Assembly (NCBI GenBank): GCA_965205015.1
Contig: OZ242029.1
Location: forward strand, 1,920,001 to 1,984,000
Direction: 5' to 3'
Source: Candidatus Poribacteria bacterium
Lineage (GTDB): Bacteria > Poribacteria > WGA-4E > WGA-3G
DNA length: 64,000 bases
Shown: positions 29,864 through 39,636 of the stretch, piece by piece
Position numbering within the stretch: the first letter of the stretch is position 1
Layout: each line of letters starts with the position of its first letter
Program-made: the position numbers and the translations under genes
Notes under the pieces: model-generated
Told to the model about the DNA's origin: nothing
What the model saw: the letters and a program-made list of their open reading frames with translations, nothing else
Databases searched by the model: none

Positions 29864-29981
29864 TCAAAAGAATAGCAGTCGGTTGTCAGTAAGACTTTGT
29901 AGCAGAAACGGTTCGCGTTTAAGCTGTACACCCTCTTTACTGACGGCTGATTGCTCTTAAAACCGCAAGGAAGAATTAAAA

Positions 29982-30449
29982 ATGGCAAAATCACTTACAG
30001 ATGGTGAAATGGTCAATGGCAAGAAGCACGGCTATTGGGTCACCTATTACGCCAACGGATTTAAGCGGAGCGAAGGTCGCTATATTGCTGGCAAAAAAGA
30101 GGGACTTTGGATTCAGTACCACAAGAACGGCAACAAGGCGAGTGAAGCCTCCTTCCGCGATGGCAAAAACGAAGGCGAGTATATGTGCTATTATGGGAAC
30201 GGGAACCGTAAATGGGGCGGTCCCTATCGGAAACATGATGGCAGCTCCGCCGATGGCAGAAAAGAAGGCGTCTGGTTCTGCTATGAAGAGGACGGTGAGA
30301 CGATATGGCGTATCATCACCTATAAGAAAGGCGGTAGTCGAGCGAAACCCGATGAATATCCGCTCGGTACCTGTGATGTTTGTGGCGAAGGTAGACGCTC
30401 AACGTGGGGCGATACCTGTCCACAATGCGGCACAGAAATTTCTGATTAA
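29982..30449 (+). CDS. MORN-variant repeat protein with C-terminal Zn ribbon, copy 2
   Basis: Closely similar to 28585..29052; CDVC...CPQC. Confidence 0.8.
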   Translation: MAKSLTDGEMVNGKKHGYWVTYYANGFKRSEGRYIAGKKEGLWIQYHKNGNKASEASFRDGKNEGEYMCYYGNGNRKWGGPYRKHDGSSADGRKEGVWFCYEEDGETIWRIITYKKGGSRAKPDEYPLGTCDVCGEGRRSTWGDTCPQCGTEISD

Positions 30450-30535
30450 TCCTCAAAATTCTTTCAACTGTAATTGAACTTTATTACAAAAAGTTGAGCC
30501 AATGTGTCTAATTCAACTCAACAGGAGTACCAATT

Positions 30536-30964
30536 ATGAACAAGGTTCCGACAGTCGCTTTTCAAATACTCGCTCCCAGCGAAGGCGTTGCGGATGGCTC
30601 CCTCAATGGCATGTGGTTTAAAGTAAAATCAGATCCCCATCCAACCGACGATCTTATCGTCGGTTTGAAAGTATGCACATCCCACGGAAACGTTAGACAG
30701 TCTGGTGTAATCATGATTTCAAAAGGTGAAAGCCATTCCTCAGAATTTTTTTTCAAAATAGTGGTAGATGAACAAGATGTGTCGCTGGAGATCGAACCCT
30801 TTGATTCTCTCACCAAATTAGAGCTTCCGATCCTTACGAATGAAGGCTACGTTATAGAGACAGGCTATGAGTTTCCAGCGTATAAGTTAGGAAACTTGTC
30901 AAAAATAGTCCCTTATCAGAAGAACAAGCCCCATCAATGCTTATGGACGGATGAGAGTCGCTGA
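30536..30964 (+). CDS. Hypothetical protein
   Basis: 142 aa with AGGAG RBS. Confidence 0.6.
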   Translation: MNKVPTVAFQILAPSEGVADGSLNGMWFKVKSDPHPTDDLIVGLKVCTSHGNVRQSGVIMISKGESHSSEFFFKIVVDEQDVSLEIEPFDSLTKLELPILTNEGYVIETGYEFPAYKLGNLSKIVPYQKNKPHQCLWTDESR

Positions 30965-31011
30965 AATTCGGTAAGAACATAGAGGCGCAACGAAATTCCC
31001 GATTTGCAATT

Positions 31012-33597
31012 TTGTTCATAGATAGACTCCCAGAAATTCTGATTTTTTTCCTCAACACAGGGTTTAATCGCATAAATTATCCTGAAAAAAGAGAGAAAAA
31101 ATCATTGAACAACTATTTAAGAGAATCGAGGAGAAAACCACTGAAAATTATATTGGACTTTTGGGGTGTTTGGGTGTTGTTTTCGCTGTTTTGTGTGTTA
31201 CAATTCCCACGCATAGTGCAGGCTGAAACACAGACAGAATCCGCTCACAGAACTGCGACTGCTGTCCGAATCGAAGGGGCATCTCCACAGTTAGACGGCG
31301 TTTTAAATGATGACATCTGGAAAACCGCACCCCTCCACGAAGGTTTCCGTCAACGCGATCCCGATGAAGGAGAGCCGGCTTCTCAACGTACCACATTCCA
31401 AGTCGCCTATGATGATGAAGCCGTCTATTTCGCCGTCATGTGCTATGACAGTGAGCCAGATAAAATAGTTTCCCGGCTCGTCAGACGCGACGATTACGCT
31501 GAATCCGATAAAGTCCAGATTCTCCTTGACCCGCATTACAACCGACAGCGGGCCTTCTCGTTTACTATCTATCCGTCTGGTTCTGTCATAGACGCCATTA
31601 CTGAAGGAACCGGCTGGAGAGGCTGGAACAATGCATGGGACGGCGTGTGGGAAGCAAAAACCCGCATCCATAAAAACGGATGGGCAGTAGAGTGTAAGAT
31701 CCCGTTTTACATGTTCCGCTTTTCACCGAAAGACAAATACACATGGGGACTACAGGTGGAACGGGAAATCAGTCGTAGAAAGGAGCATGCCCATTGGCGT
31801 TTGATTAAAAAGGCTGAACCGGGCTGGATATCGCATTTTGGAGATCTCATAGGAATTGAGAACATCCATCCCTCTCGACATTTGGAATTGATACCCTACG
31901 CGATGGGAAGAACGACCCTGAACAGCGAGACTGATTTATGGGGTAATGTTGGCGGCGATGTCCAATATGGAATTACCACTGGAACAACCCTCAACGCTAC
32001 AATCAATCCGGACTTTGGACAGGTGGAGGCAGACCCTGCGACTTTAAATCTCTCTGCTTATGAGGAATTTTTCGAGGAACGGAGACCCTTTTTCGTCAAA
32101 GGGTCTTCCATTTTTAACTTCGGAGGGGGCGAAAATCAATTTTTTTACTCAAGACGAATCGGACGGCAACCGAGACATTTTCAAATGCCAGAGGATGCGA
32201 CTGTACTGAATCGTCCAGAGGCGACAACGATCTTGGGAGCCGCCAAAATCGTTGGAAGAACCAACAGCAACACCTCTTTCGGTATCATGGAGGCTGTTAC
32301 GGCACCCGAGTCTGCACAGATTAAGGAGAAAGGCAAGGATCGGGATCATCTCCTTGAACCGTTGACGAATTACTTTGTGGGACGAGTGACACAAGACATT
32401 TTGGAAGGTAATTCTCGTATTGGCCTGATAGCAACATCGGTAAATCGCAGGGCTTCCAATGCCGCCTATGTCGGTGGACTCGACTGGGACTTGAGATTTG
32501 CGAAGGAGCGGTATAAGATAGGCGGGATGCTCGCCGCAAGCCAAGCCGGAAAACTTGAGTCGCGTAAGTCAGGTTATCTCGCACATATTGAATTTAATAA
32601 ACAGGGGGGATGGTGGCGGCTTCATACCGATTTTAATGTTCGCTCCCCAAGCTTAAACATAAATGACGTAGGATATACGCAGCGCGGCGATATGATGCGG
32701 TGGTTCTATGACCTCATCTTCAAAAAAGAACAACCCTTCAGCATTTTCCGAGAAGTGACGTTAGGTCTCTACGGTTGGCGAGAATGGAATTATGATGGCG
32801 TTAGCATCGGTCGCTATTCCGAGATATGGACAGATGGAAAACTGAAGAACTATTGGGAGTATGACCTGTGGGTAGGTCGGAATTTGGAGTCGTTTCGGGA
32901 CGAGGATGTCCGACGCGGTGGGACACTGATTAAGAATCCTGCGGGGTGGTGGATTTTCAGCCGACTTTCTACTGACAGTCGCAAGATGGTTCAGATCGAA
33001 CTGAACCCGATTTTCGCATGGGATGATGATACCAAGAGTTCTGAAAAAGAGGTCAATCTTCGCCTGAACATTCGGCCTATGTCGAACATTGAGCTAAGTA
33101 TTGGACCGATGTATCGTTACCGAATTTACGATGCCCAGTGGGTCGAATTGGCTGAAGAAAACGTCGATGGACACATCAAAAAACACTACGTCTATGGCGA
33201 GTTAACAGCCCAAACACTTGACTTCACCACGCGAGCGAACATTAGTTTCACCCCGACGCTGAGTCTCCAGTTCTACGTCCAACCTTTCATTACCATTGGA
33301 GACTATACCAATTTCAAGGAATTGATTGAACCGAAGTCTTATCAGTTCAAACCGTATCCATTGAAACGGAATCCCGATTTCCACATGCGTTCACTGAGAG
33401 GCAACACCGTTCTTCGCTGGGAATTCCGCCCTGGGAGTACACTGTTTTTGGTCTGGTCCCAATCGCGTGAGATTGCGTTGGAAGACATTGGAGAAACTGA
33501 CCTTGAGTTTCGACCTGTGCATCGCTTGCGAAGCAGTTTCACGGATCCTGGAAAGAATATCTTCCTAATTAAATGTCGATATTGGTTCGGCATATAA
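31012..33597 (+). CDS. DUF5916 family protein (CBM9-like N-terminal domain + probable outer-membrane barrel); start probably somewhat downstream
   Basis: LDG.L.D..W, NPDFGQVEADP, FFEERRPFF, FYSRRIG, WEFRPGSTLFLVWSQ, aromatic C-terminus. Confidence 0.85.
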   Translation: MFIDRLPEILIFFLNTGFNRINYPEKREKKSLNNYLRESRRKPLKIILDFWGVWVLFSLFCVLQFPRIVQAETQTESAHRTATAVRIEGASPQLDGVLNDDIWKTAPLHEGFRQRDPDEGEPASQRTTFQVAYDDEAVYFAVMCYDSEPDKIVSRLVRRDDYAESDKVQILLDPHYNRQRAFSFTIYPSGSVIDAITEGTGWRGWNNAWDGVWEAKTRIHKNGWAVECKIPFYMFRFSPKDKYTWGLQVEREISRRKEHAHWRLIKKAEPGWISHFGDLIGIENIHPSRHLELIPYAMGRTTLNSETDLWGNVGGDVQYGITTGTTLNATINPDFGQVEADPATLNLSAYEEFFEERRPFFVKGSSIFNFGGGENQFFYSRRIGRQPRHFQMPEDATVLNRPEATTILGAAKIVGRTNSNTSFGIMEAVTAPESAQIKEKGKDRDHLLEPLTNYFVGRVTQDILEGNSRIGLIATSVNRRASNAAYVGGLDWDLRFAKERYKIGGMLAASQAGKLESRKSGYLAHIEFNKQGGWWRLHTDFNVRSPSLNINDVGYTQRGDMMRWFYDLIFKKEQPFSIFREVTLGLYGWREWNYDGVSIGRYSEIWTDGKLKNYWEYDLWVGRNLESFRDEDVRRGGTLIKNPAGWWIFSRLSTDSRKMVQIELNPIFAWDDDTKSSEKEVNLRLNIRPMSNIELSIGPMYRYRIYDAQWVELAEENVDGHIKKHYVYGELTAQTLDFTTRANISFTPTLSLQFYVQPFITIGDYTNFKELIEPKSYQFKPYPLKRNPDFHMRSLRGNTVLRWEFRPGSTLFLVWSQSREIALEDIGETDLEFRPVHRLRSSFTDPGKNIFLIKCRYWFGI

Positions 33598-34117
33598 TCC
33601 TTCTTGAACAGAACTGTCCAAAAATTGGACTGCAAAAAACAAATCTGTCCGGCGGAATTGGTGAAAAATCTGCGTTTAGCGTGATGTGGCGTTTAAATTG
33701 ACTTTGGCATGAAAATTGCTCTAACACCCATAAGTCTGTAACGTGGAGAAGCCTTCCTCCTTGGAAAGATATGGAACACTGCGACGGCTTCTCCATAACA
33801 GACGATGTTTACGGAAAGTAAAAAGGATAATTTTCTCTTGACAAATAATGCAGAAATTGCTAACATGATGTGGGTTTGACATAAACACTTGAAGAATATT
33901 CTCGGGCAAATCGTTAGTTTTATTACTGACCGACCGATTTTTGGATGAAAAGTCAGATTTTTTGTTTTAGAATTAAGCACCTTTTCCACCCTGAAATTGT
34001 GTCTTTAATAATCGAAAGGGTTCTCTTGGTCGAATTCACGTTAATATAAATCAGAGAAAAATCGGATGTAACAACACGTTAAAGCGCGAACGCTTAACCA
34101 CATAGGAGGTGCGTCCC

Positions 34118-35695
34118 ATGAAATCGCGCCGTATGCCTCTCGTATGGATGATATCGCTTGCCCTACACACCTGCTTCGCGGTCGTCGTAGGATACATGGC
34201 GATCTCATCTAAACAACTGAAGGCACAAGATACGATTGATCTGAGTTTCTTCATCGTTACACCACCACAAGCAGCGAAAAGGGATATTATTCAGAAGCCA
34301 GCCGTTGTAACAACCCCAGTTCCAGATTTGAGAGTTGTTCCACAAACTGAGACGACGCAGCGTCGGACAACAGTCGCCCGCGCAGTCAGATCGTCCGCAA
34401 CTGCCGCACCTGCGGCATCACTAATGGCGAGTGCACCAGCCGCACCGAGAGGACAGCAAATCAAAGTTCCGAGTGCATCTCCCGTGATTCAGCATACTCC
34501 CCAACCGCTGTCAACGGATGCAAAACTACCGACAGCATCAGATGGATTGCCCCCCGCAGGCTTGCCGAGTAGCGGGGCAGTTGCAGATGGCATAGGCACA
34601 GGTATTGGTGACGGTTTGGGTACCGGGACCGGGCGTGGGACTTTCGGTTCTGGATCCAATCTTGGACAAGGACGGACACAAGGTCGGGGCAGTCTGAACT
34701 CGCTCGTAGCGGGAGCAGGTGCTGCAAATATTAGTGCATCACTGTCGGATGTCGAAAAAAACATGGTTCTCGGTAATGGGGTCCCAGAACTTCCGAAGGG
34801 AAGTCCAGGTGCTATCATTCAAGGTCGGGGTACAGAGATTATTGGAAGGCTCAATCTCGTCCGTCTTGATGATCCATTGCATCCGAACCTCGATATATGA
34901 GGCAGCGGCATCGGACATCTCCGATTCGGGGCAGGTCTGCCCTATTTAGTCCAGTCGCTGAATACAGAAACAGGTATCCAAACCCAAATGGTGGATGCAG
35001 TCCAAATTACGGATGCAGCGTTTTTTGAGTCACCCATTATCTTTATGGAACCGGTTCCCAAATCCTCAGTGCAACTCCATAACGGATTGTTAGGGGGTGG
35101 CAATATCTGGAATGCGAAAGGGGATCGTCCTTCCTTCGGTTATACCGACCGGGAGGCGCAGCGGATTCGCGAATATGTCATCAACCGCGGGGGGTTCATC
35201 TATATGCCGACCCACGGAAACACGGAAGCCGCAATGCAGCCCGCGCTGCGGGTCTTGCGCCAGATTCTTCCTGAATACCACCTCACAACTATCCCGCAAG
35301 ACCACGAAATTTACAACAGTTACTATGCGTTGAGCGGACCCCTCCGTTTTCCCGTCCGGAAAATTGGGGCTACCATTCTCCATCACGGTCCCTATCGTCA
35401 GTTGCAAGGCGTTTTCATTGAGGATCGGTTAGCTGTTCTTGTTGATACAGAAGCAATGATACACGTGATGGATGGTGCCGTCCAGAAACCTTTCTTCGGT
35501 CACTATCAGGATCGGAATAGAATCTTAGATGAATTTGCGCCAGCCGCTGCACGACAACTCGTTAACATCGTTGTCTATGCGGTGACACACGGAAGCATCT
35601 CGGATTACAGCAACTATATTCCTGCAAGTGCCCTCGCTGATGGAGAGATAGAGAGCACCCCGAAAAAGGCACCCAATGCTGCCAGTCAGTTGTAG
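34118..35695 (+). CDS. Membrane-anchored TonB-like linker + DUF4159-like domain with in-frame TGA at 34898-34900 (recoded or pseudogene)
   Basis: ORFs 34109..34900 and 34988..35695 share a frame, and the gap reads GSGIGHLRFGAGLPYLVQSLNTETGIQ with no other stop. Downstream PIIFM, IREYVINRGGFIY, IPQDHEIYNSYY, GVFIEDRLAV. Confidence 0.7.
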
Positions 35696-35730
35696 GAGTA
35701 CTAATCAAGAGCAGCACATAACTACCTATC

Positions 35731-35771
35731 AAAATAAGCCGTGTCACTCTCTTGACACGGCTTATTTTTTT
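35731..35771 (+). terminator. Intrinsic terminator
   Basis: AAAATAAGCCGTGTCA-loop-TGACACGGCTTATTTTTTT. Confidence 0.85.
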
Positions 35772-35951
35772 CAACTTTTGCTTCCATCCTCACAGACGAC
35801 AGTATTGATTTTCGGGTCCTACCAGCGTGTTCGTCTGTCTTTTAATCACTACCGTCCAGTAACCCAAACCATCTTAACCGCAATCATTTTGCTGGAAAGC
35901 TTGGCAAATCCCGCAAAGATAGGCGAGATGATAGCAAAATCGCATTTCTAT

Positions 35952-35980
35952 TTGACAAATCGGGGTTAGGTATGTATAAT
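35952..35980 (+). promoter_or_regulatory. Consensus sigma70 promoter of the sulfurtransferase-pterin operon
   Basis: Perfect TTGACA-17-TATAAT. Confidence 0.8.
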
Positions 35981-36067
35981 ATAAACAAGAATCGTCCTTT
36001 TTAGGGCACAGTTTATATGCCCATACAAGAATCTTAACAGGATACAATGAGGAGGCTTAATACAAAA

Positions 36068-36916
36068 ATGGCTGATTACGCAAAACCTGATGTTTTAGTA
36101 ACTACAGAATGGGTCGCTGCGCACGGTGGTGATGCTGGCGTCCGACTCCTTGAGGTTGATGTTGATACTTCGGCTTATGCTGAGGGACATATCACGGGTG
36201 CAGTGGGACTCAATTGGGAAACGCAATTGTGCGATCAAGTTCGACGCGATATCCTCACGAAAGAACAGTTCGAGACACTCTGCAATGACAGCGGCATCGC
36301 CAATGATACCACTGTTATTTTTTATGGTGATAACAATAACTGGTTCGCAACGTATGCTTTGTGGCAATTCCGCTATTACGGACACGATGAAAGTCTGTTG
36401 AAAGTGATGAACGGCGGTCGTCAAAAATGGATCGATGAAGGTAGAACGCTTGTCACTGACGTTCCAGATCATTCCAGCACAGGATATCAGGCGAAATTCC
36501 CCGACGACAATGTCCGTGCTACAGCGGGGACGGTTCGGGACACACTCGGACAAGGTGTTGTTAACCTCGTTGATGTCCGTTCGCCTGCTGAATTCACCGG
36601 CGAAGTTATCGCACCTCCCGGTATGAGCGAAACAGCGCAACGCGGTGGACACATCCCCGGCGCAGCGAATATCCCATGGGCGACTGCAGTGGCTGAAGAC
36701 GGCACCTTTAAGTCTCACGACGAACTGCAAGCCATCTACGGCGGCGCAGGTGTTGATGAGAGTCAGGAAACAATTGCTTATTGCCGTATCGGTGAACGCT
36801 CATCGCATACCTGGTTTGTGCTGAAGTATCTACTCGGTTATGAGAAGGTCCGCAACTACGATGGCAGCTGGACAGAATGGGGCAATCTCGTCGGAGCACC
36901 TATTGCACGCGACTAA
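36068..36916 (+). CDS. Tandem-domain rhodanese / thiosulfate sulfurtransferase (CysA/SseA type)
   Basis: GHITGA, DVRSPAEF.G, GHIPGAANIPW, active site YCRIGERS, YDGSWTEW. Confidence 0.93.
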   Translation: MADYAKPDVLVTTEWVAAHGGDAGVRLLEVDVDTSAYAEGHITGAVGLNWETQLCDQVRRDILTKEQFETLCNDSGIANDTTVIFYGDNNNWFATYALWQFRYYGHDESLLKVMNGGRQKWIDEGRTLVTDVPDHSSTGYQAKFPDDNVRATAGTVRDTLGQGVVNLVDVRSPAEFTGEVIAPPGMSETAQRGGHIPGAANIPWATAVAEDGTFKSHDELQAIYGGAGVDESQETIAYCRIGERSSHTWFVLKYLLGYEKVRNYDGSWTEWGNLVGAPIARD

Positions 36917-36958
36917 GAAAATAGGTGTCAGCCTTGGGGTGCTTAAGGAAAATTAAAA

Positions 36959-37252
36959 GTGTCTAAATTTGTTTCCACCCATGTTATTGCCTGCATGACA
37001 CGCCAAGACGTTTCACGGTTAATAAAGCGTTTCAAGGAAGAAGAAAACGCCGATGTAATCAACATCCGAGTCTTGTGCGATACGTTGTCCGGGCGAATGG
37101 TCTGCGAATGGGAAGCCCGCGACAGCATGACCTTAATCGAGTGGTTGAAAAAGTGCAACGTCCAGATACGCGGAACAGGCGAATGGCTCATGGCCGTCCA
37201 GTATGAGTCCATCGATGATGAACTCGTCGTCCCGCCGCGGCACAATACTTAG
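36959..37252 (+). CDS. Small DUF4242-like protein
   Basis: 97 aa; G..VCEWEA pattern; lies within the operon. Confidence 0.55.
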   Translation: MSKFVSTHVIACMTRQDVSRLIKRFKEEENADVINIRVLCDTLSGRMVCEWEARDSMTLIEWLKKCNVQIRGTGEWLMAVQYESIDDELVVPPRHNT

Positions 37253-37273
37253 GTACATAACACCACGAAACCG

Positions 37274-38101
37274 ATGTACTACTTAACTCGGCAGACGGCG
37301 TTTGAAGCATCACATTACAATCGTATCCCTGAATTGAGCGATGCAGAGAACTTGGAGCTGTTTGGTGCCGCCGCAAATCCAAATAGCCACGGGCATAACT
37401 ATGTGCTTGAGGTGATGGTGAAAGGCAGTGTGGATGTAGATGACGGGATGGTCATCAATCTGGTGACCTTGGACGCGTTGTTGAAAAGCGAGGTACTCAC
37501 CAATTACGATCACAAACACCTGAACCATCAACATCCCGTATTCGCAAAGAATCCGCATCTACAACCGACGTGTGAGAACATCACTATGGAGATTTGGCAA
37601 CGGCTTGCCCCTTCTTTGCCGGACGGAATGTTGCACAGGGTGCGCCTCTACGAAAGCGCAGCAAATTTTGCAGACTATTATGGGGAAGGACCTATGGTTT
37701 ATCTTACGAAAACCTACGAATTTAGCGCAGCCCATCGTCTGCACAGCCATGCACTCAGTGATGAAGAGAACCGGGATATTTTCGGAAAGTGTAATAATCC
37801 GGCTGGGCATGGACATAACTACATACTCGAAGTTACTGTAAAGGGGGACGTAGATGCAAGAACCGGATTAGTTGCGGGTTTGAATCTGCTTGACGAAGTC
37901 GTTCAAAAACAGGTGTATGCGCGTTTCGACTACAAACATCTAAATCTCGACACGCCCGAGTTTGAGACGCTCAACCCGACCTCGGAGAACTTCGTCAAAG
38001 TGCTGTGGGAGGTGTTAGAACCGAATTTGCATCCGGCGATTCTACACCGCCTTCGCTTGCGAGAAACACCCAAAAACCATTTCGACTACTACGGCGAGTA
38101 A
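37274..38101 (+). CDS. Dual-domain 6-pyruvoyl-tetrahydropterin synthase (PTPS/QueD fold)
   Basis: Two T-fold repeats: FEASH...AANPNSHGHNY...PTCEN and FSAAH...GKCNNPAGHGHNY...PTSEN. Confidence 0.9.
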   Translation: MYYLTRQTAFEASHYNRIPELSDAENLELFGAAANPNSHGHNYVLEVMVKGSVDVDDGMVINLVTLDALLKSEVLTNYDHKHLNHQHPVFAKNPHLQPTCENITMEIWQRLAPSLPDGMLHRVRLYESAANFADYYGEGPMVYLTKTYEFSAAHRLHSHALSDEENRDIFGKCNNPAGHGHNYILEVTVKGDVDARTGLVAGLNLLDEVVQKQVYARFDYKHLNLDTPEFETLNPTSENFVKVLWEVLEPNLHPAILHRLRLRETPKNHFDYYGE

Positions 38102-38162
38102 TCCATCTTTCTATCAAGTAGGGATATAAAAATACAGCCCATTGGAGGCGCATTTTAACATA

Positions 38163-38741
38163 ATGGAATTTAATCAGACTAACGTTACCTTTGAGTTGGA
38201 AGGACTTTACACAAAAATCCTTGAAAACTTAGGTGAAGATCCGAGTCGTCAAGGCTTAGTGAAAACACCATACCGTGCCGCGAAAGCGATGGAATTCTTG
38301 ACGAGCGGCTATCATCAAAGTGTTGATGAGATTCTGAATAGAGCCATCTTTGATGAGGATTATGACGAAATGGTGATTGTGAAAGAGATTGAATTTTACA
38401 GTCTCTGTGAACACCATATCCTTCCCTTTTGGGGTAAATGTCACGTTGGGTATCTCCCGCGGAAACGAATTGTGGGTTTGAGTAAAATCCCACGCATTGT
38501 AGATATGTTTTCCCGTCGGTTGCAAGTTCAGGAACGCCTCACGCGTGAGATTGCCGAATCCCTCGAAAACGCTCTCGACCCGCGAGGGGTCGCTGTCGTG
38601 ATGGAGGGACGGCACCTTTGCATGATGGCACGCGGCGTTGAAAAGCAAGCACCCGTGATGACAACCAATGTCATGCGCGGGACGTTCCGTGATGATAGTG
38701 CAACGCGCGCAGAGTTTCTACGGTGCATCCAAGTATCCTAA
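38163..38741 (+). CDS. folE: GTP cyclohydrolase I
   Basis: GEDP.RQGLVKTP.R, SLCEHH, GLSKIPR, LQVQERLT, HLCMMARGV. Confidence 0.96.
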   Translation: MEFNQTNVTFELEGLYTKILENLGEDPSRQGLVKTPYRAAKAMEFLTSGYHQSVDEILNRAIFDEDYDEMVIVKEIEFYSLCEHHILPFWGKCHVGYLPRKRIVGLSKIPRIVDMFSRRLQVQERLTREIAESLENALDPRGVAVVMEGRHLCMMARGVEKQAPVMTTNVMRGTFRDDSATRAEFLRCIQVS

Positions 38742-38792
38742 TATATTTCTCAGACTTTCTCATCTGCTCACCCCGCAAGGAAAAATTAAAAA

Positions 38793-39557
38793 ATGGTTTC
38801 TCCTGACTATCCTAACGCGGCAGAAATAGGAAGACTTGACGGTAAAGTTGTCGTGATTACCGGTGCCTCAAAAGGGATTGGTAAAGCAACCGCTTTCGCT
38901 TTCGCAGCAGCAGGCGCGAAGGTTGTGATCGCTGCGCGAACACGTGAGACACTCGAACAGGTCGCAGCGGAGCTGAGAGTAAAAACGGTTTCTAACCCCG
39001 ATGCCATACTCGCTGTGCCAACGGACGTTACCAACGTCGATGCCGTGAAACAACTCATCCAACGGACATTAGACGTTTATCAACACGTGGATGTTCTCAT
39101 CAACAATGCAGGGATCGGTCATTTCGGACCCGTTGTCGATTTCGAGCCTGACGACTGGGACGCGGTACTCAATTCCAACTTAAAGGCTGTTTATCTCTGT
39201 GCAAAGTATGCGCTTCCTTCTATGTTGGAACGGGGCGGTGGGCAGATTATTAATGTGCTTTCGATCGCCGCGAAAGTCGATTTTCAAGCGTCAAGTGCGT
39301 ATTGTGCCGCGAAAGCAGGCGCGTTAGCTCTCACGAAGGTTTTAGCCAGTGAAGTCCGTCAACAGAACATTCGAGTTACCGCTGTGTTACCCGGATCAGT
39401 GCATACCCCGTTTTGGGACGACGTTCCAGAACACCCGGACTTTGAACAGATGTTAACACCGGAACATGTTGCTGATACGATCGTCTCCATTTGTCAGCAA
39501 CCGCCAGGTATGGTGACTGAAGAAATCGTTGTAATGCCGCCACTCGGCATTCTCTGA
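38793..39557 (+). CDS. Short-chain dehydrogenase/reductase (candidate sepiapterin-type reductase)
   Basis: TGASKGIG, NNAG, YCAAK; directly after folE. Confidence 0.88.
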   Translation: MVSPDYPNAAEIGRLDGKVVVITGASKGIGKATAFAFAAAGAKVVIAARTRETLEQVAAELRVKTVSNPDAILAVPTDVTNVDAVKQLIQRTLDVYQHVDVLINNAGIGHFGPVVDFEPDDWDAVLNSNLKAVYLCAKYALPSMLERGGGQIINVLSIAAKVDFQASSAYCAAKAGALALTKVLASEVRQQNIRVTAVLPGSVHTPFWDDVPEHPDFEQMLTPEHVADTIVSICQQPPGMVTEEIVVMPPLGIL

Positions 39558-39636
39558 TGGAACGTGTTTGAATTCTCTCTGATACCAAATCGATGAGCGT
39601 TATAGAGAGATTGGAATGATATGTCTGTGAGTGTTC

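Noticed and set aside
28585-30449. YwqJ/YwqK-type toxin-antitoxin pair
   Set aside because: No toxin-like neighbour; only the repeat type is shared
34898-34900. Genome-wide UGA reassignment (genetic code 4 or 25)
   Set aside because: Clear genes here end at TGA (rlmB, the SDR, the histidine kinase) and no other internal TGA was noticed
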